NCBI RefSeq assembly: GCF_001194135.2
Contig: NC_068985.1
Coordinates: 104,689,533-104,753,532 of the forward strand
Reading direction: 5' to 3'
From: Octopus bimaculoides
Taxonomy: Eukaryota
DNA: 64,000 nucleotides
Positions 12,301 through 24,632 of this stretch are shown here, one piece after another (the first letter of the stretch is position 1; the number at the start of each line of letters is the position of its first letter). Position numbers and translations under genes: made by a program. The notes below the pieces were generated by a model. The model was given only the letters and a program-made list of their open reading frames with translations, searched no databases and was not told the DNA's origin.

Positions 12301-13840
12301 CTCCCTTGGGAAGGGAGATAACTATCAAACAGTGCTGGGAAATTTTAATATTGGTTTCAAATTTTGGCACAAGGCCAGCAGGCTTAAGCTGGAAGCTAAG
12401 TTGATAATATCGACCCCAAAAGGATGAGAGACAAAGTAGACCTTAGCGGAATTAGAATTCAGAATGTAAAGGGGAAAATTTTAATATCAATTAATCAGCT
12501 TTTAGTGCTGCTTGCATGATATAAGCTTTCACACCAACGGATACGATTTGTCTAGTTGTCGTCCAACTAAATTAATAGAAGAACTATGATATTAGAATAA
12601 TATTGTTTCCCGTCCTCACTGAATAATTATTAATATTTTTATGCAGGAAACATTAAAATATTAGCTATTAACACTCTGCCCAGCACCATTCGGTAACTTC
12701 ACATTCCAAAATCAGCAGTCAAATCCCCATTTATTCTGAAATCATTTTCTGCTATATTAAGAGGGATACGTGGGTTCAAAAGTCCCACGACAGTCCTGGA
12801 CTCTATCTATTCAAAGTCTTTTTAACCCAATATTTACACGCTATTATTTATAGCTTTATGTGTTTCGAGATACTTCGTTCTAAAAAAAAAATTCATATTC
12901 TCTTAAAGTTTACATAGAAATTCTTATATCATGTATATATAAGAAGACATCCATACAAATAAACAAAAGAAAAATGTAATACAATGTATTTCAAAGATTG
13001 ATATTAGTGTACAAAACTGTTTATTTAAACAAAAATAATTGCCATCTCATCGGAGCAGAAACGAGATGAACAGAGCATTCCTTAACAAAACTTAAGTGTT
13101 TATTTCGGGATTTCTTTCCCCACACACTATATATTCGTTCTATTGGCGTAGCTAGAGTGTGTGCCGCCCGGGACGGCCTTTTATCTTCCCTCCCCTCCCC
13201 CCTCCGCACAAAAAAATACAGCAGATCCTAAAGTGGTACCGCTCAGAGCGGACTTCCCCCTCTAAGATGCTCTTTGGTATGCGATATACGTAGCCAACGT
13301 GATCTACAAGAGCCAAATTCCACTTTAGTATGCGATCTACACGTTTTATTTGTTTATTANNNNNNNNNNNNNNNNNNNNNNNNNNNNNNNNNNNNNNNNN
13401 NNNNNNNNNNNNNNNNNNNNNNNNNNNNNNNNNNNNNNNNNNNNNNNNNNNNNNNNNNNNNNNNNNNNNNNNNNNNNNNNNNNNNNNNNNNNNNNNNNNN
13501 NNNNNNNNNNNNNNNNNNNNNNNNNNNNNNNNNNNNNNNNNNNNNNNNNNNNNNNNNNNNNNNNNNNNNNNNNNNNNNNNNNNNNNNNNNNNNNNNNNNN
13601 NNNNNNNNNNNNNNNNNNNNNNNNNNNNNNNNNNNNNNNNNNNNNNNNNNNNNNNNNNNNNNNNNNNNNNNNNNNNNNNNNNNNNNNNNNNNNNNNNNNN
13701 NNNNNNNNNNNNNNNNNNNNNNNNNNNNNNNNNNNNNNNNNNNNNNNNNNNNNNNNNNNNNNNNNNNNNNNNNNNNNNNNNNNNNNNNNNNNNNNNNNNN
13801 NNNNNNNNNNNNNNNNNNNNNNNNNNNNNNNNNNNNNNNN

Positions 13841-13877
<37 letters not shown>

Positions 13878-14010
13878 GTGTTTGTTTGGCCATCCTGAAT
13901 TATATGTTTCAACCCACAATTTAATTTCACATCAGGAATCTTGCTAAACAAATATATAAGCGTAAGTTTGATAAACAATTATTCCAAAATATTTTGATGC
14001 TTTGGGGATG

Positions 14011-14299
14011 GGTCATTATGTCCATAATAGTCACATGCACTGACGCAATTTCATTTCTTTATTATTATTCAGTTGGTTAGCTGTTTAACCAACTAACTAG
14101 TCAATTGTTTGATTAATCAGTTGTTTGCCCAAGTTTATTCGTCGCCATTCGCGACATCTTCGATGACCATACCCTCTCAGCTTAATTGAATGATTAATAA
14201 AACGATCGACTAGTTAGTTGGTTAAATAGCTAACCAATTGACGAATAATAAAGAAGTGAAATAGAGTCAGTACGCGTGTTCATTATTGGAGTAATAACC
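14011..14299. repeat. Imperfect long inverted repeat (MITE-like foldback)
   Basis: 14011-14118 is the reverse complement of 14190-14299 with scattered mismatches (core ttggttagct.tttaaccaactaactagtc). Confidence 0.75.
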
Positions 14300-14616
14300 G
14301 TCCTGAGGTGTAGCAAAATTTGTCTCTACACATAAGTTTACATCAAGAATTTTGCAAACCAAATACAAAAACGTAATATTCCAAAAAACAAAATAAATTC
14401 ACTCTTAAAATCATAATTTATCATCCGATTATTTTGTTCAAACTCAAAGAATATTAAGAGAAAATACCATATATTTTGTAGGCTGAAAAAAAAGACACCG
14501 TCATAGAGAATCAAACAAAAATAAACTGTTTATCTATTCCGATAAACTTTAAAGTCATTAAGTTGCTTTCCCTCTTCTTTGTTACCTAACTAAAGCAGCT
14601 AGTTTGGATTGGGGTG

Positions 14617-17600
14617 TTATATAAAAGAAAAGTTTTCTTCACGATCACAAGATGTCGCTAACGTAGTGTGACTGTAATCAGTCAGATTGTCGCATAATGT
14701 ATTGTTATTCGCATCACTGAAGTGGTTTTCATTCAGTGACGCATGACAGCCAACATCATCCTTTTTTACTGGAGTTTTGGACATTTCAGTAATCAACAAT
14801 TTTTCTGCTATGTTTCCGTTATTGTTCCAGTTTGAATGTACTTCGGGAATTTTTAAGAAATTCCTTCTGTTTTGAAAGGTACTTTCTTTATCTTGACAAT
14901 TGTTGGATTGAGAAGTAGCATACATTGATTTCTTTTCAAGTGAAATCGAATATTTTGGAAAATTATACTCACTGTAGATATTTTTTGATCTAGACTTCGG
15001 CTGACATCTTAAATCTTCCTTTATTGTGCTGGATTTTGAAAAGCAGATATCAGCCGGTTGATATCTCTTACTCAGATGTTTTTTCAATGGAGAAGCCGAT
15101 ACTGGTGTAGTGTGTTCTTTCAGTTGAAATTTATCAGAATCTTTTCCCTTTTGTTTAGATTCCCAATTTTCACAAATACGTTGCTCTAAACTATAACCAT
15201 CATTTGTATCAAGAACTAAACAATTGTTTTCATTAAAGTAAGACATTCCAGTGGAGTTTGAACCTGCTTGAATCAAAACTGGGTTGTTTTCATTTTCTTT
15301 CTGATTGTTAAGTTGGTTTTCATCCCTGAAGTCTAAAGTGTTGGGATATTTATCAAATGGAATGTCTGAAATTAAACCACATTTTTGTTTATTATCAAAA
15401 ATATTTGATGATTCTAATCTATTTTTGGTGCAAGAATAATGACCCCGATACCGGGAGTTAGTCGATTCCATTTTGAGTGGCTCAAATGCAGCAACAGTGT
15501 TCATAGATTTGAAAGCATTAAAGTTGTCCATACCTAAGCTTTCACTTACTGGACTATTAACACTTTTGTCGGGAAGACCTATTTTCTCTTGACTAGAAAT
15601 ATTACAATTAATATCCATGCGAGTTGGTTTGGTTTTATATGCTTCGTTTCCGTCATTAAAGCGAGAGAAACCATTGCTGCCAGCCACTGAAAAAATACTA
15701 TCGTTCTTGTTTTTTTGCAACAACAATGGGTTATAATAATTTGTATTCTTTCCGGTCTGTAAAAGTTGTCTCTCACAGAAACTGGAAACTTTGGGTGGTT
15801 CGAATTGATACGGAGAAGATGGAACTAAGTTTGGTCTATTTTTATAGAAAGGAATAAAGTCCAGACCAGTTTCACAACCTTGGGATGAGACTGAAAGATT
15901 TCTTTTATCTGGACCTGAAAAAGTATATGTCTCGGCTTTCGAAAACCTGTTGTTCTTGACATTTGCTGAAGTTAATTCGACATCTCTGTTCTCTCTCGGA
16001 GGAGCAGTTTTTGATCGATCGTTATCGCCTGTTATTGGGACTAAATGTTGTTTCATGTGGTCATGAAGCGGTTTATCTGTAGAAAAGTGCGCCGAACAAT
16101 TAATACACTTCATTTCATGAGATTTTATATGTTTTTTGAAAACATTTAGATTATGGAAAACTTCTCCGCATATTTCACACAAACGGATAGAACTGGATGA
16201 AACAGCATGAGAATTATCTCTGGTTTGTAATATCGAGTGGTCTTTCTCGTGGTCAAAATAACCGTCTGGACTCGTAAAAACTTCGTGGCAGACTTTACAA
16301 TGAAATGGCGGCTTACCAAAATGACTGTCCATGTGGGAATTAAAGTTGCAAGCGCTCATGAAAACTTTCCTGCAATATTTACACTGATAAAGCAAATTTG
16401 AGTGATGTTGAATTTTATATTCATTCGAGTAAAATTCAGAATAAGATGCTGGAATCTCGTAATGGTCCATTTCATGAAGATTCCGTTCTGGTACATTTTG
16501 ACAAATAGCTGAGCAAAAACTACATTGGTTAAACGTATTTGGTTTTAAATTCATCTCACTATACCCGTTAGTCTTGGGTTCACCATTTATGCAACTGAGG
16601 GCTGGGATATGTTCCGAGCTTGTTTCTAAATTTGTTTCGTCTGGATCCTCTTCTAATGATTCAAAATCTGATTTCAAAGTACAGTTTTCTGCATGAATCG
16701 GTAAGTGCATTTTCAACGTTGTGAAAGATAAAAAAATTTGGGAGCAAAAAGGACATTGCTTGGAGTTGTTTCTCTCTTTTAGCAAGGCCGACTTCAAGGA
16801 CATTCCTTCTGATTTAGCAATCACATCTTTATTTTCACAAGTTGCCTCGTGTTTCTTTAGCAGATAACGACTTCTGAAGATTACATCACAAAACCCACAG
16901 TGAAGTTGCTCCATTGAATGGGAGATTAAATGTATTGCAAGCTGGTTCCGCTTGAACCATACACCACAGCGTTCACATTCTATCACGGAACTACCCGTTC
17001 GACCTAATCTCTTAAGCGAGCGATGGGGACTTTGTAAAAGGACTTTTGCCTTCAACTTTATCAGTATCTTTTTGTAATGGACACTTCTGAAATTACATTT
17101 GACACAAGTGGAGTGTTCTGGAAAGTGACTTCTTAAATGTGCTACCGTGAAATTTTCATCAGCTTTAATATTTTTATAACAGAAAGGGCACCGACAATAA
17201 TTTGAACAAGAATCGACTTTAAATAACTTCATAAGTTTATCAATATTATTTGAACAGCTTTCGCATTTAGGGAGATGCAGAATATCTTTTTTATGACTCT
17301 CCAGGTGCCTCTGAAGATGCAAACCAATAATAAATGTTTTAGAACAGTAATCACATACGTAGGGAGCTTGTTTGCTATGAATTCGTAAATGAACCAACAA
17401 GTAAGAAATATGAGAGAAATCTTTCTGACATATCTTGCATTGGAATAGTTTAATATTTCGATTGTGTTTTAAAAAGTCAACCATACTGGCTGAAAGGCAA
17501 ATCTTCTGCAAAATATCCCCGCATTTTCGGCCATTATATTTGGACGGAACGTTTCTGTGTTTCATGAAAGATATGAAAGTTCGAAATTTCTCATCGCACC

Positions 17601-17634
17601 GATTACATTTGAAACTCAACGAAGTCCTTTCGAT
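14617..17634 (-). CDS. C2H2 zinc-finger protein, main exon (about 1005 codons, roughly 11-13 fingers plus an N/S-rich tail)
   Basis: Stop-free ORF with fingers such as CKICQKDFSHISYLLVHLRIH, CDYCSKTFIIGLHLQRHLESH and CKYCRKVFMSACNFNSHMDSH; the ORF-track start is TTG, and an acceptor ttttccag|atc (phase 0) lies at 17634. Confidence 0.9.
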   Translation of the reverse strand: MERTSLSFKCNRCDEKFRTFISFMKHRNVPSKYNGRKCGDILQKICLSASMVDFLKHNRNIKLFQCKICQKDFSHISYLLVHLRIHSKQAPYVCDYCSKTFIIGLHLQRHLESHKKDILHLPKCESCSNNIDKLMKLFKVDSCSNYCRCPFCYKNIKADENFTVAHLRSHFPEHSTCVKCNFRSVHYKKILIKLKAKVLLQSPHRSLKRLGRTGSSVIECERCGVWFKRNQLAIHLISHSMEQLHCGFCDVIFRSRYLLKKHEATCENKDVIAKSEGMSLKSALLKERNNSKQCPFCSQIFLSFTTLKMHLPIHAENCTLKSDFESLEEDPDETNLETSSEHIPALSCINGEPKTNGYSEMNLKPNTFNQCSFCSAICQNVPERNLHEMDHYEIPASYSEFYSNEYKIQHHSNLLYQCKYCRKVFMSACNFNSHMDSHFGKPPFHCKVCHEVFTSPDGYFDHEKDHSILQTRDNSHAVSSSSIRLCEICGEVFHNLNVFKKHIKSHEMKCINCSAHFSTDKPLHDHMKQHLVPITGDNDRSKTAPPRENRDVELTSANVKNNRFSKAETYTFSGPDKRNLSVSSQGCETGLDFIPFYKNRPNLVPSSPYQFEPPKVSSFCERQLLQTGKNTNYYNPLLLQKNKNDSIFSVAGSNGFSRFNDGNEAYKTKPTRMDINCNISSQEKIGLPDKSVNSPVSESLGMDNFNAFKSMNTVAAFEPLKMESTNSRYRGHYSCTKNRLESSNIFDNKQKCGLISDIPFDKYPNTLDFRDENQLNNQKENENNPVLIQAGSNSTGMSYFNENNCLVLDTNDGYSLEQRICENWESKQKGKDSDKFQLKEHTTPVSASPLKKHLSKRYQPADICFSKSSTIKEDLRCQPKSRSKNIYSEYNFPKYSISLEKKSMYATSQSNNCQDKESTFQNRRNFLKIPEVHSNWNNNGNIAEKLLITEMSKTPVKKDDVGCHASLNENHFSDANNNTLCDNLTDYSHTTLATSCDREENFSFI

Positions 17635-17705
17635 CTGGAAAACAATTACATCTTTAAGAAAATTCAAAAATAACTATTCCTACTCAGCAATCATTTTAAA
17701 ACAAT

Positions 17706-17864
17706 TGGGAGTGGCTATGTGGTAAGTAGCTTGCTTACGAACTACACGGTTCCAGGTTCAGTCCCACTGCATGGCACCTTGGGCAAGCGTCTTCTATTAT
17801 AGCCTCGGGCCGACCAAAGCCTTGTGAGTGGATTTGGTAGACAGAAACTGAAAGAAGCCCGTCG

Positions 17865-17901
<37 letters not shown>

Positions 17902-18100
17902 TTGTGTGTGTGTCCCACCCCCAACATCGCTTGACAGCCGATGCTGGTGTTTACGTCCCCGTAAACTAGCGGTTCGGCACAAGAGACCGATAGAATAAGC
18001 ACTAGACTTACAAAGAATAAGTCCTAGGGTTGATTTGTTCAACTAAAGGCGGTGCTCCAGCATGGCCACAGTCAAATGACTGAAACAAGTAAAAGAGTAA
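17706..18100 (+). mobile_element. CORE-type tRNA SINE, full length, antisense in the zinc-finger intron
   Basis: A-box-like tggctatgtggt, B-box ggttcagtccc, ccttgggcaag core and an aaacaagtaaaagag tail. Confidence 0.85.
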
Positions 18101-18107
18101 ATGAGTA

Positions 18108-18655
18108 CCGTATTTGCTGAAGTATAAGATGCACTCTCAATTAAGATGCATTTCTATTTTACTATGACATTTTTTTTTTAATAAAACAAATTTAATAGGT
18201 TTCATCATACGCTTATTAAAAGATATACTGGCGTGGTTTTTGTGGGGAAAGACATATAATTTTACACATGTAATTTCAATATTGCGTCATACTGGAATAA
18301 AGTATGAAATTTTAAATTTATCATAAACTCAGTTATAGGAGTACCGTAACCCATGGTTATCTTCTCTCAGATCAACTGTATTGTTATTTATATTTTATTC
18401 AAGAGAATTGCCATGAAGTATTGTAAAACTCGTATTTCTGATTGTGACGTATTACCGTGATTGCCACTAGGGTGGTGCATTGCCACTATGATTTGGTTGT
18501 CATTCACTCATTGCAAATAAAAGTTTAACTTCCTTTCATTTCTTTAGGATAATTTTCCATTTAGATCATATACAAGTGTTTCTTAAAGGTAACACAGTCA
18601 TTAAATAAAATATCAGGTATGGATTATGTATTCTGGAGAAGGTACAGAAATACGG
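18108..18655. mobile_element. Possible TA-flanked pogo/Tigger-like MITE
   Basis: ta-ccgtattt at the left end and aaatacgg-ta at the right end; only about 10 bp of matching TIR. Confidence 0.3.
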
Positions 18656-18889
18656 TATGACCTCCGCACATAACTGCCGTTGGCTCGTTTTCAATATTTT
18701 ATTAAAAGTAGAGCGGCGAGCCGACAGAAATGTTAGCACGCCAGGCGAAATGCTCGACTTTGCCTTCATCTTTTCGGGGTCGATAAATTAAGTACCAGTT
18801 GCGTACTGAGGTTGATCTAATCGACTAGCTCCCTACCCAAAAATTTCGCGCCTTGTGCCTAGAGGAGAAAAGAATATTTTATTAAAAGT

Positions 18890-19100
18890 AGGGCGGCGTG
18901 CTGGCAGAATCGTTAGCACGCCGGGCGAAATGCTTAGCAGTATTTCGTCTGCCGTTACGTTCCGAGTTCAAATTCCGCCGAAGTCGATTTTATCTTTCAT
19001 CCTTTCGGGGTCGATTAAATAAGTACCAGTAATGCACTGGGATCGATATGTAATCGACTTAATCCCTTTGTCTGTCCTCGTTTATCCCCTCTGTGTTTAG
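18890..19100 (+). mobile_element. Nin/Deu-domain tRNA SINE
   Basis: gctggcagaatcgttagc head and tttcatcctttcggggtcgat-aa-taagtaccag Nin-like core; more than 10 copies in the window. Confidence 0.75.
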
Positions 19101-19719
19101 TAATTCTCATAAGGCATTTAATCAAAAGTTTTACTTTATTCTATCAAATATAATATTTCTTTACGGAGAGGGGGAGTTTCCAGCGCTTTCCTAAAATGAT
19201 ATTATGGCAAATAACCTTGCAATGAAGAACAAGAAAGAATATCGGTATGGAGGAACAGTTTCTCTACAGCGCGTGCAATTCAAACAACTTACGTAAGTTA
19301 ATAATCTTTTCTACTATAGGCACAAGGCCGAAATTTGAGGGAGCGGGTAAGTCGATTACATTGGGATATTTTCAATTTGACGGCCAGATTTTTTAATTAA
19401 ACACTTTGAAACTTCGGATACTGGTAGAATGTGTCACATAGTACAGGGTTTACTCTTAACGTTTTTGACAATTTTGTATTTTAGAAGTTATTTCGTATTG
19501 AAGTTGTAGTATTTGAGTAATTTTAACCAATCAATGACGTGTATTCAGCTGAAGAAAATTACTGCTGCTGTTTGCGAACAACTTCCAGGTCCACTCCCCT
19601 AACAAAACCCTTCTTTAATAACCAGAGATGTTTTTATAGCAACATAGGTTTGCCGTATCAGGGTTGATTTGAGGCTAAATAACACCAAAATTATTGTGAG
19701 AAAGACCAATGACGGAGCT

Positions 19720-19875
19720 TTACATTGACCCCAGTACTCAACTGGTACTTATTTTATCGACACCGAAAGGATGAAAGGCAAAGTCGACTTTGGCGGAATT
19801 TGAACTCAGAACGTGAAGACACGAAATCCCGCTAAGCATTTCGCCCGGCGTACTAACAATTCTGCCAGCACGTCA
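19720..19875 (-). mobile_element. Nin/Deu-domain tRNA SINE
   Basis: Reverse complement closely matches 18895-19030. Confidence 0.75.
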
Positions 19876-20094
19876 CCTTTATGGCAGTTTAGCGAGATGA
19901 CAAGGGTGTTAGTTTCCTTGATTTTCTGGAACATGGCTGTACCACGAACAGCGAATGATACATTGATACACTTAAAAAGCTTAGAGAAGCTTTTAGGAAG
20001 AAGAGACCGAACAAGAATCTGAAAACGATCTACATTCACCATGATAGTGACCACACACACACACATCCTTGACAACAAATCAATCCATCGGAAA

Positions 20095-20335
20095 ATTGAA
20101 TTGGTGAGTCGTCTCTTATTGTACAGCCTGAATCTGGCATCGTGTGACTTCCACCAGTTCGGTCCAATGAAGGACAGTCTTCTGGAAAACTATTTGATGA
20201 CGCAGACGAGAGCAAAATAGCCGTGAAAGAGTGGGTACAGCAATGCCAGCTGAATTTTTTGGAAGTGGATTCCTAAGTTGGGCTCAACAATGACGCAAAT
20301 GCATTGCTTTCTTCTGAAGATTATGTTGAGTACTA
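20095..20335 (+). pseudogene. Mariner transposase C-terminal fragment, degraded
   Basis: LLYSLNLASCDFHQFGPMKD ... KCIA..EDYVE corresponds to PYSPDLAPSDFHLFGPLK ... KCI...GDYVEK, with frameshifts. Confidence 0.65.
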
Positions 20336-21146
20336 ATTTTGTATAGAAAGAGCTACTCAACTAACTTGTGAAACTTCAACAACTTATGAGGAGTTGTATG
20401 CATTGTATTTCAGCAGGAAGCACAGAAACTTCTATTGGGATTGATGTTTTAAAACAATTTCCATTTACCTGAATATATAAGCTGTTTAATGACTCCCTTT
20501 CTTTATATGTTAATGTTAAATTCAAATCTACAAAAATACAGGACATTATGTAAAATACTAGCGGTAGTGAGCGGAGAAAAGCGCAGTACATAAATGGTTT
20601 TGGATATCCATAACCTTCTCACTATTATTAATGCGTAAAATTCGAAAAGGCAACAAGCTGGAATCGAAACGGCACCACAGATTATACTCTAATAAAATAA
20701 TAATGGAAGATTTTTTTTTTTCCATTTTGTATTAGCTTTAGAATTGATTTACATTAAATTATACTGTGTACATTAATTTTTAAATACTTGTAGTTACTAA
20801 ATTACCCAATTCTGGATTTAAACTGAAACACTGAAAATACGTCTTATTATGTATATATATATATATATATATATATGCAACATATTTTCAATAGAGAAAT
20901 CGTAACCAAACGTTTTATTTTCTCTGTTTACCCAAATCTTTGCAAGCTTAATCGCATTCTAAAGAGACGAGCAAGAAAAGAAAATTGCAACAAAATAATT
21001 CACGTGGAAGTTCAGATGTTGCTGAACCAAATGGCGTACACCAATATTATATGTTCCTTGAGGAACAAAACCTATATTCCTTAAATGATACTTTTGTTCT
21101 TTGATATCTTTTAAGTCAAATGAAAGAATAATTTTATCACGTTTAC

Positions 21147-21191
21147 CTTTTCTCTGTCTGACGCTTTCGTGCTGTTTGTTGTCGCAACCAT
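21147..21191 (-). CDS. Probable first coding exon of the zinc-finger gene (MVATTNSTKASDREK)
   Basis: gagATGG Kozak context, 15 codons, donor aag|gtaaac phase 0 matching the 17634 acceptor; CpG-retaining surroundings. Confidence 0.5.
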
Positions 21192-23460
21192 CTCCAATAT
21201 AAGCAGCGTCTTCTGTTTGAATTCCTTTAATATCTTAACAGACCAGAAATAAATGTTGACGTTTTTCTCCTTTTTTTCTTTTTCATATAAAGTTACGTCT
21301 GGAACTACGGAGAGTTATAAGAAGCTAATCTAATGCTGAGAAACGAATTTAGATTGATATCTCAAGTGAAAAGGATCACACAAAGCAACCAAGTGTGTTC
21401 GCTTTAAAACCTGACCACCGGAATCGTAAGAGCGCCGAGAAAAAAATGTCTTGTGATATTTAGTTACAGCCCTTTATGTTCCGAGTTCAAAACCCACCCT
21501 ATTCGTCTTTTACTTTTCACCCTTTTGCGATTGATAAAACAAAGTATGGGTCAAATATTGTGTCAATTTAGAATTTTTTTTTATACATCATAGATATGGA
21601 TGGGATAATGAAAGACTAAAACCAGAAGAAAAAGGTATCCAGTTACTCATTGTTCTCTACCCGCCTCTAAAAATACAAGAATCTTAACACTAAACATTTA
21701 AAATTGAAGTTTGTTCAACATCAGTGTTGGAAAACATGAATTCTAATTTCATTTTAAAATACGCATCTATAAAATACCTGAATAACGGGAACAAACATTA
21801 ATTTTTGAAACGGTTTGCTTTCCTTTTTTTTTTGAAAATGTATATATACTCTTCAAAAACCAAACTGTAGGGATTACACTAAATATTTCTTCTTACTATA
21901 GAGACAAGGGCCAAAAGTTTGGAGTTGGGGCTGGGGACTAGTCGATTACATTGGCTCCAGTGCTCAACTGATTCTTATTTTATCGACCCCCAAAAGGATG
22001 AAAGACAACGTTGATCTTAGCGGAACTTCGAACTAAATACCACGAAGCATTTTTTCCCCGTCACTCTAACAATTTACACTAAATACTTAAATCATTAATT
22101 AATTGTCTTAAATATTTTAAAACCTTTTCGTATCTTAAAACTGACTTCCATGTCGTTTACTATCCTTCTGAAGAAATGCGAAAGCTTATCAAAAATGTTA
22201 ATTATATTTTCGGTTTGACATGATTCATCAGTCATCCAGAATCAGTTCGCTCTCACCCTCTTCACAGTGGCATTTGTATAAATGTAAATGTTATGCTTTC
22301 AAAGGTTTTGCAATTTTAATAATGTTACTAACATATTGATATGTATGTACGTAACCGATAAACTTCCCCTTCTGTCAGCTTTCTTAATTTAATTTAGTCA
22401 AAAAGGCATACATTAAATTCACTGCATGTATGTGTTGGATGTATGTGTATTCGTGCAGCTGAAACTTCTAAAAGAACCAAATATTTTCAAAGAGATTTTT
22501 CGCAATTATATGAAATGTGCGATCTTTCACTTTGTATATAGTTATCGTTTGTTTGTCCACTACCACCACAAGACTGAAATCCTTGTTTCACTGTTCTACT
22601 TCATGTTCCTTTATCGAACGTTTTTTCCAGTTTTTCCTTTTTTTCATTCACTCCCGTTGTCACTTTATTTCTCTTTCCTCTCAATACCTTACTAATTCAA
22701 ATCCTTTTCCATTCTTCTCTCTCTTCCATACTTTTCCCATTTCCTTATTTTTCTCTTGCTTTGTCCCATACTTCTCTATCCTTTATTATTGTCTTTCCTT
22801 TCTTTTTATCTCTACTTCTTTCCATCTCTAGTACTATCAGTAGTTTTCACTCCACTGCTTCCTTTCTGCTTGTTTTTCCTCCAAGAAATGAAATAAACAG
22901 TTTTAACAGAAAACTAGATCGGAGTCTCCTGCTGGTATGTGCACCATCAGCTGCAATCAACGTATCAGCTCATTCTAATTAATTTAAGTGGTAAGTCAAA
23001 TTTCATGGAAGTTCAAATTATGATTACGCCCACAATTTAGTCTTCCTTTTTGTGAGCTGTTTGTTGCAAATGATATTTCTATCACTAATGTCACCAGAAA
23101 AAGCAGCTTAATATATGCATACATTTTGATCGGGTAAACGAATAGGATTCACTTCAATTCAATAGATTCCATCATGTCTGCAAAGCTTCTAGACGCTTGC
23201 AGAAAGGCTTTTCTGGTGTTGTTAAAACGCAGATGTCTTATGGTGCATGTGATGCATTCAATAGGAGTTTACTTTGCTTGGAAGACAACCAATGCACCAA
23301 AACGGTTTCCAAGACTATTTATCAAAGAGACGCAAAGAAGTGAAGATGTCAGTTCGTGTTACTGAAGAAGCACACCAAAGTATAGGGGGCGTTGAAACCT
23401 TGTATTTCAACCGTATGAGACTGACAATAGATAGATAGTTTCCTACTACCATTCCCTAAA

Positions 23461-23812
23461 GTGGAGGCGCAATGGCTCAGTGGTTAAGGCAGCGGACTCG
23501 CGGTCATAGGATCACAGTTTCGATTCCCCGACCGGGCGTTGTGAGCGAAAACACCTAAAGTTCCACAAGGTTCCGGCAGGTGATGGTGGCGAACCCAGCT
23601 GTACTCTTTCTCTCACTCTTTCTTCCTGTATTTTAAAGGGCCAACCTTGTCACACTCTGTGTCACGCTGAATATCCCCGAGAACTACATTAAGGGTACGT
23701 GTCTGTGGAGTGCTCAACCACTCGCACGTTAATTTCACGAGCTGGCTGTTCCGTTGATCGGATCAACTGGAACCCTCGACGTCGTAAGCGACGGAGTGCC
23801 AACAACAACAAC
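23461..23812 (+). mobile_element. tRNA-headed SINE, third family, with approximate target-site duplication
   Basis: A box tggctcagtgg, B box gtttcgattcc, (caa)n tail, flanked by accattcc(c)taa on both sides; second copy at 56666-56910 (-). Confidence 0.75.
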
Positions 23813-24632
23813 CATTCCTAACTAAAACATTTAATGCATTCATCAATTAACTTCAGTAATTCAATGAAGCCCATTAAATGTCTGCAAATATCATCAAGGT
23901 ATCTAACACTGCGATATTTACTCTGTCACAGCAACACATCATGGTGAAGTTATCCAAGTTATTTAGCTAAAATATACTGTGAATAAAGGTTTTTTTTCTT
24001 AAGTAAATCCCATATTTTTCATAATTTGTTAGATAAGTTAATTTTTCAAAAAAAAAAAAAGAAACAAAAATGCTTTGCTCAAAATGTTATACTATCGTTT
24101 TCTTTTAACTTGTTTTTAGTTATTAGACTATGGCCATGCAGGAGCACTACCTTGAAGGATTTAGTCAAACAAATGCATTCCAGTATATTTTTCTTTTTTA
24201 AGTTTGGAACTTATTCCATCAGTCTCTTTTGCTGAATTGTTGTATGACAGGAATGTAAACAAACATTGATTTTAAAGCAGCAATGGGGGCACATGCACAC
24301 ACCTACAAATGAAAGGCTTCTCTCAGTTTCCTTCAATCAGATTCAATCACAAGACATTGGACAGCCCAGAGTTATTGTAGCAGACACTTGCCCAAGATGT
24401 TACACAGTGGGATTGAACCAGAAACTGCATAGTTCCAAAGGAAGCTTCAACACACAGCCATGCTTGCACCTATATAAAAACTTGTCTTTATGCAGGAAAT
24501 CAAAGAATTAAAAATATATAAATACAAATGGCAAGTTAACCTAAAGAAATTAACCAAAAAAGAAAAATAGTAAGCTATATCTTCTTTAGTGGAAGAAGAA
24601 AAATCTAATTCCCACATTTATGTAAATAAACA

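Noticed and set aside
11279-13978. Long ORFs of 178-363 aa in the track
   Set aside because: They are open only because they run through N gaps; the same applies at 27843-28550, 31401-32081 and 55534-57212
17635-17667. ORF-track N-terminus MNFLKDVIVFQ of the zinc-finger protein
   Set aside because: Starts at TTG and overlaps the pyrimidine tract and AG; more likely intron
22426-22982. F/L/S-rich ORFs that look like membrane proteins
   Set aside because: Product of a CT-rich low-complexity tract
23461-23545. tRNA-like sequence with A and B boxes
   Set aside because: It continues into a SINE body that recurs at 56666 and has a tail and target-site duplication; not a tRNA gene
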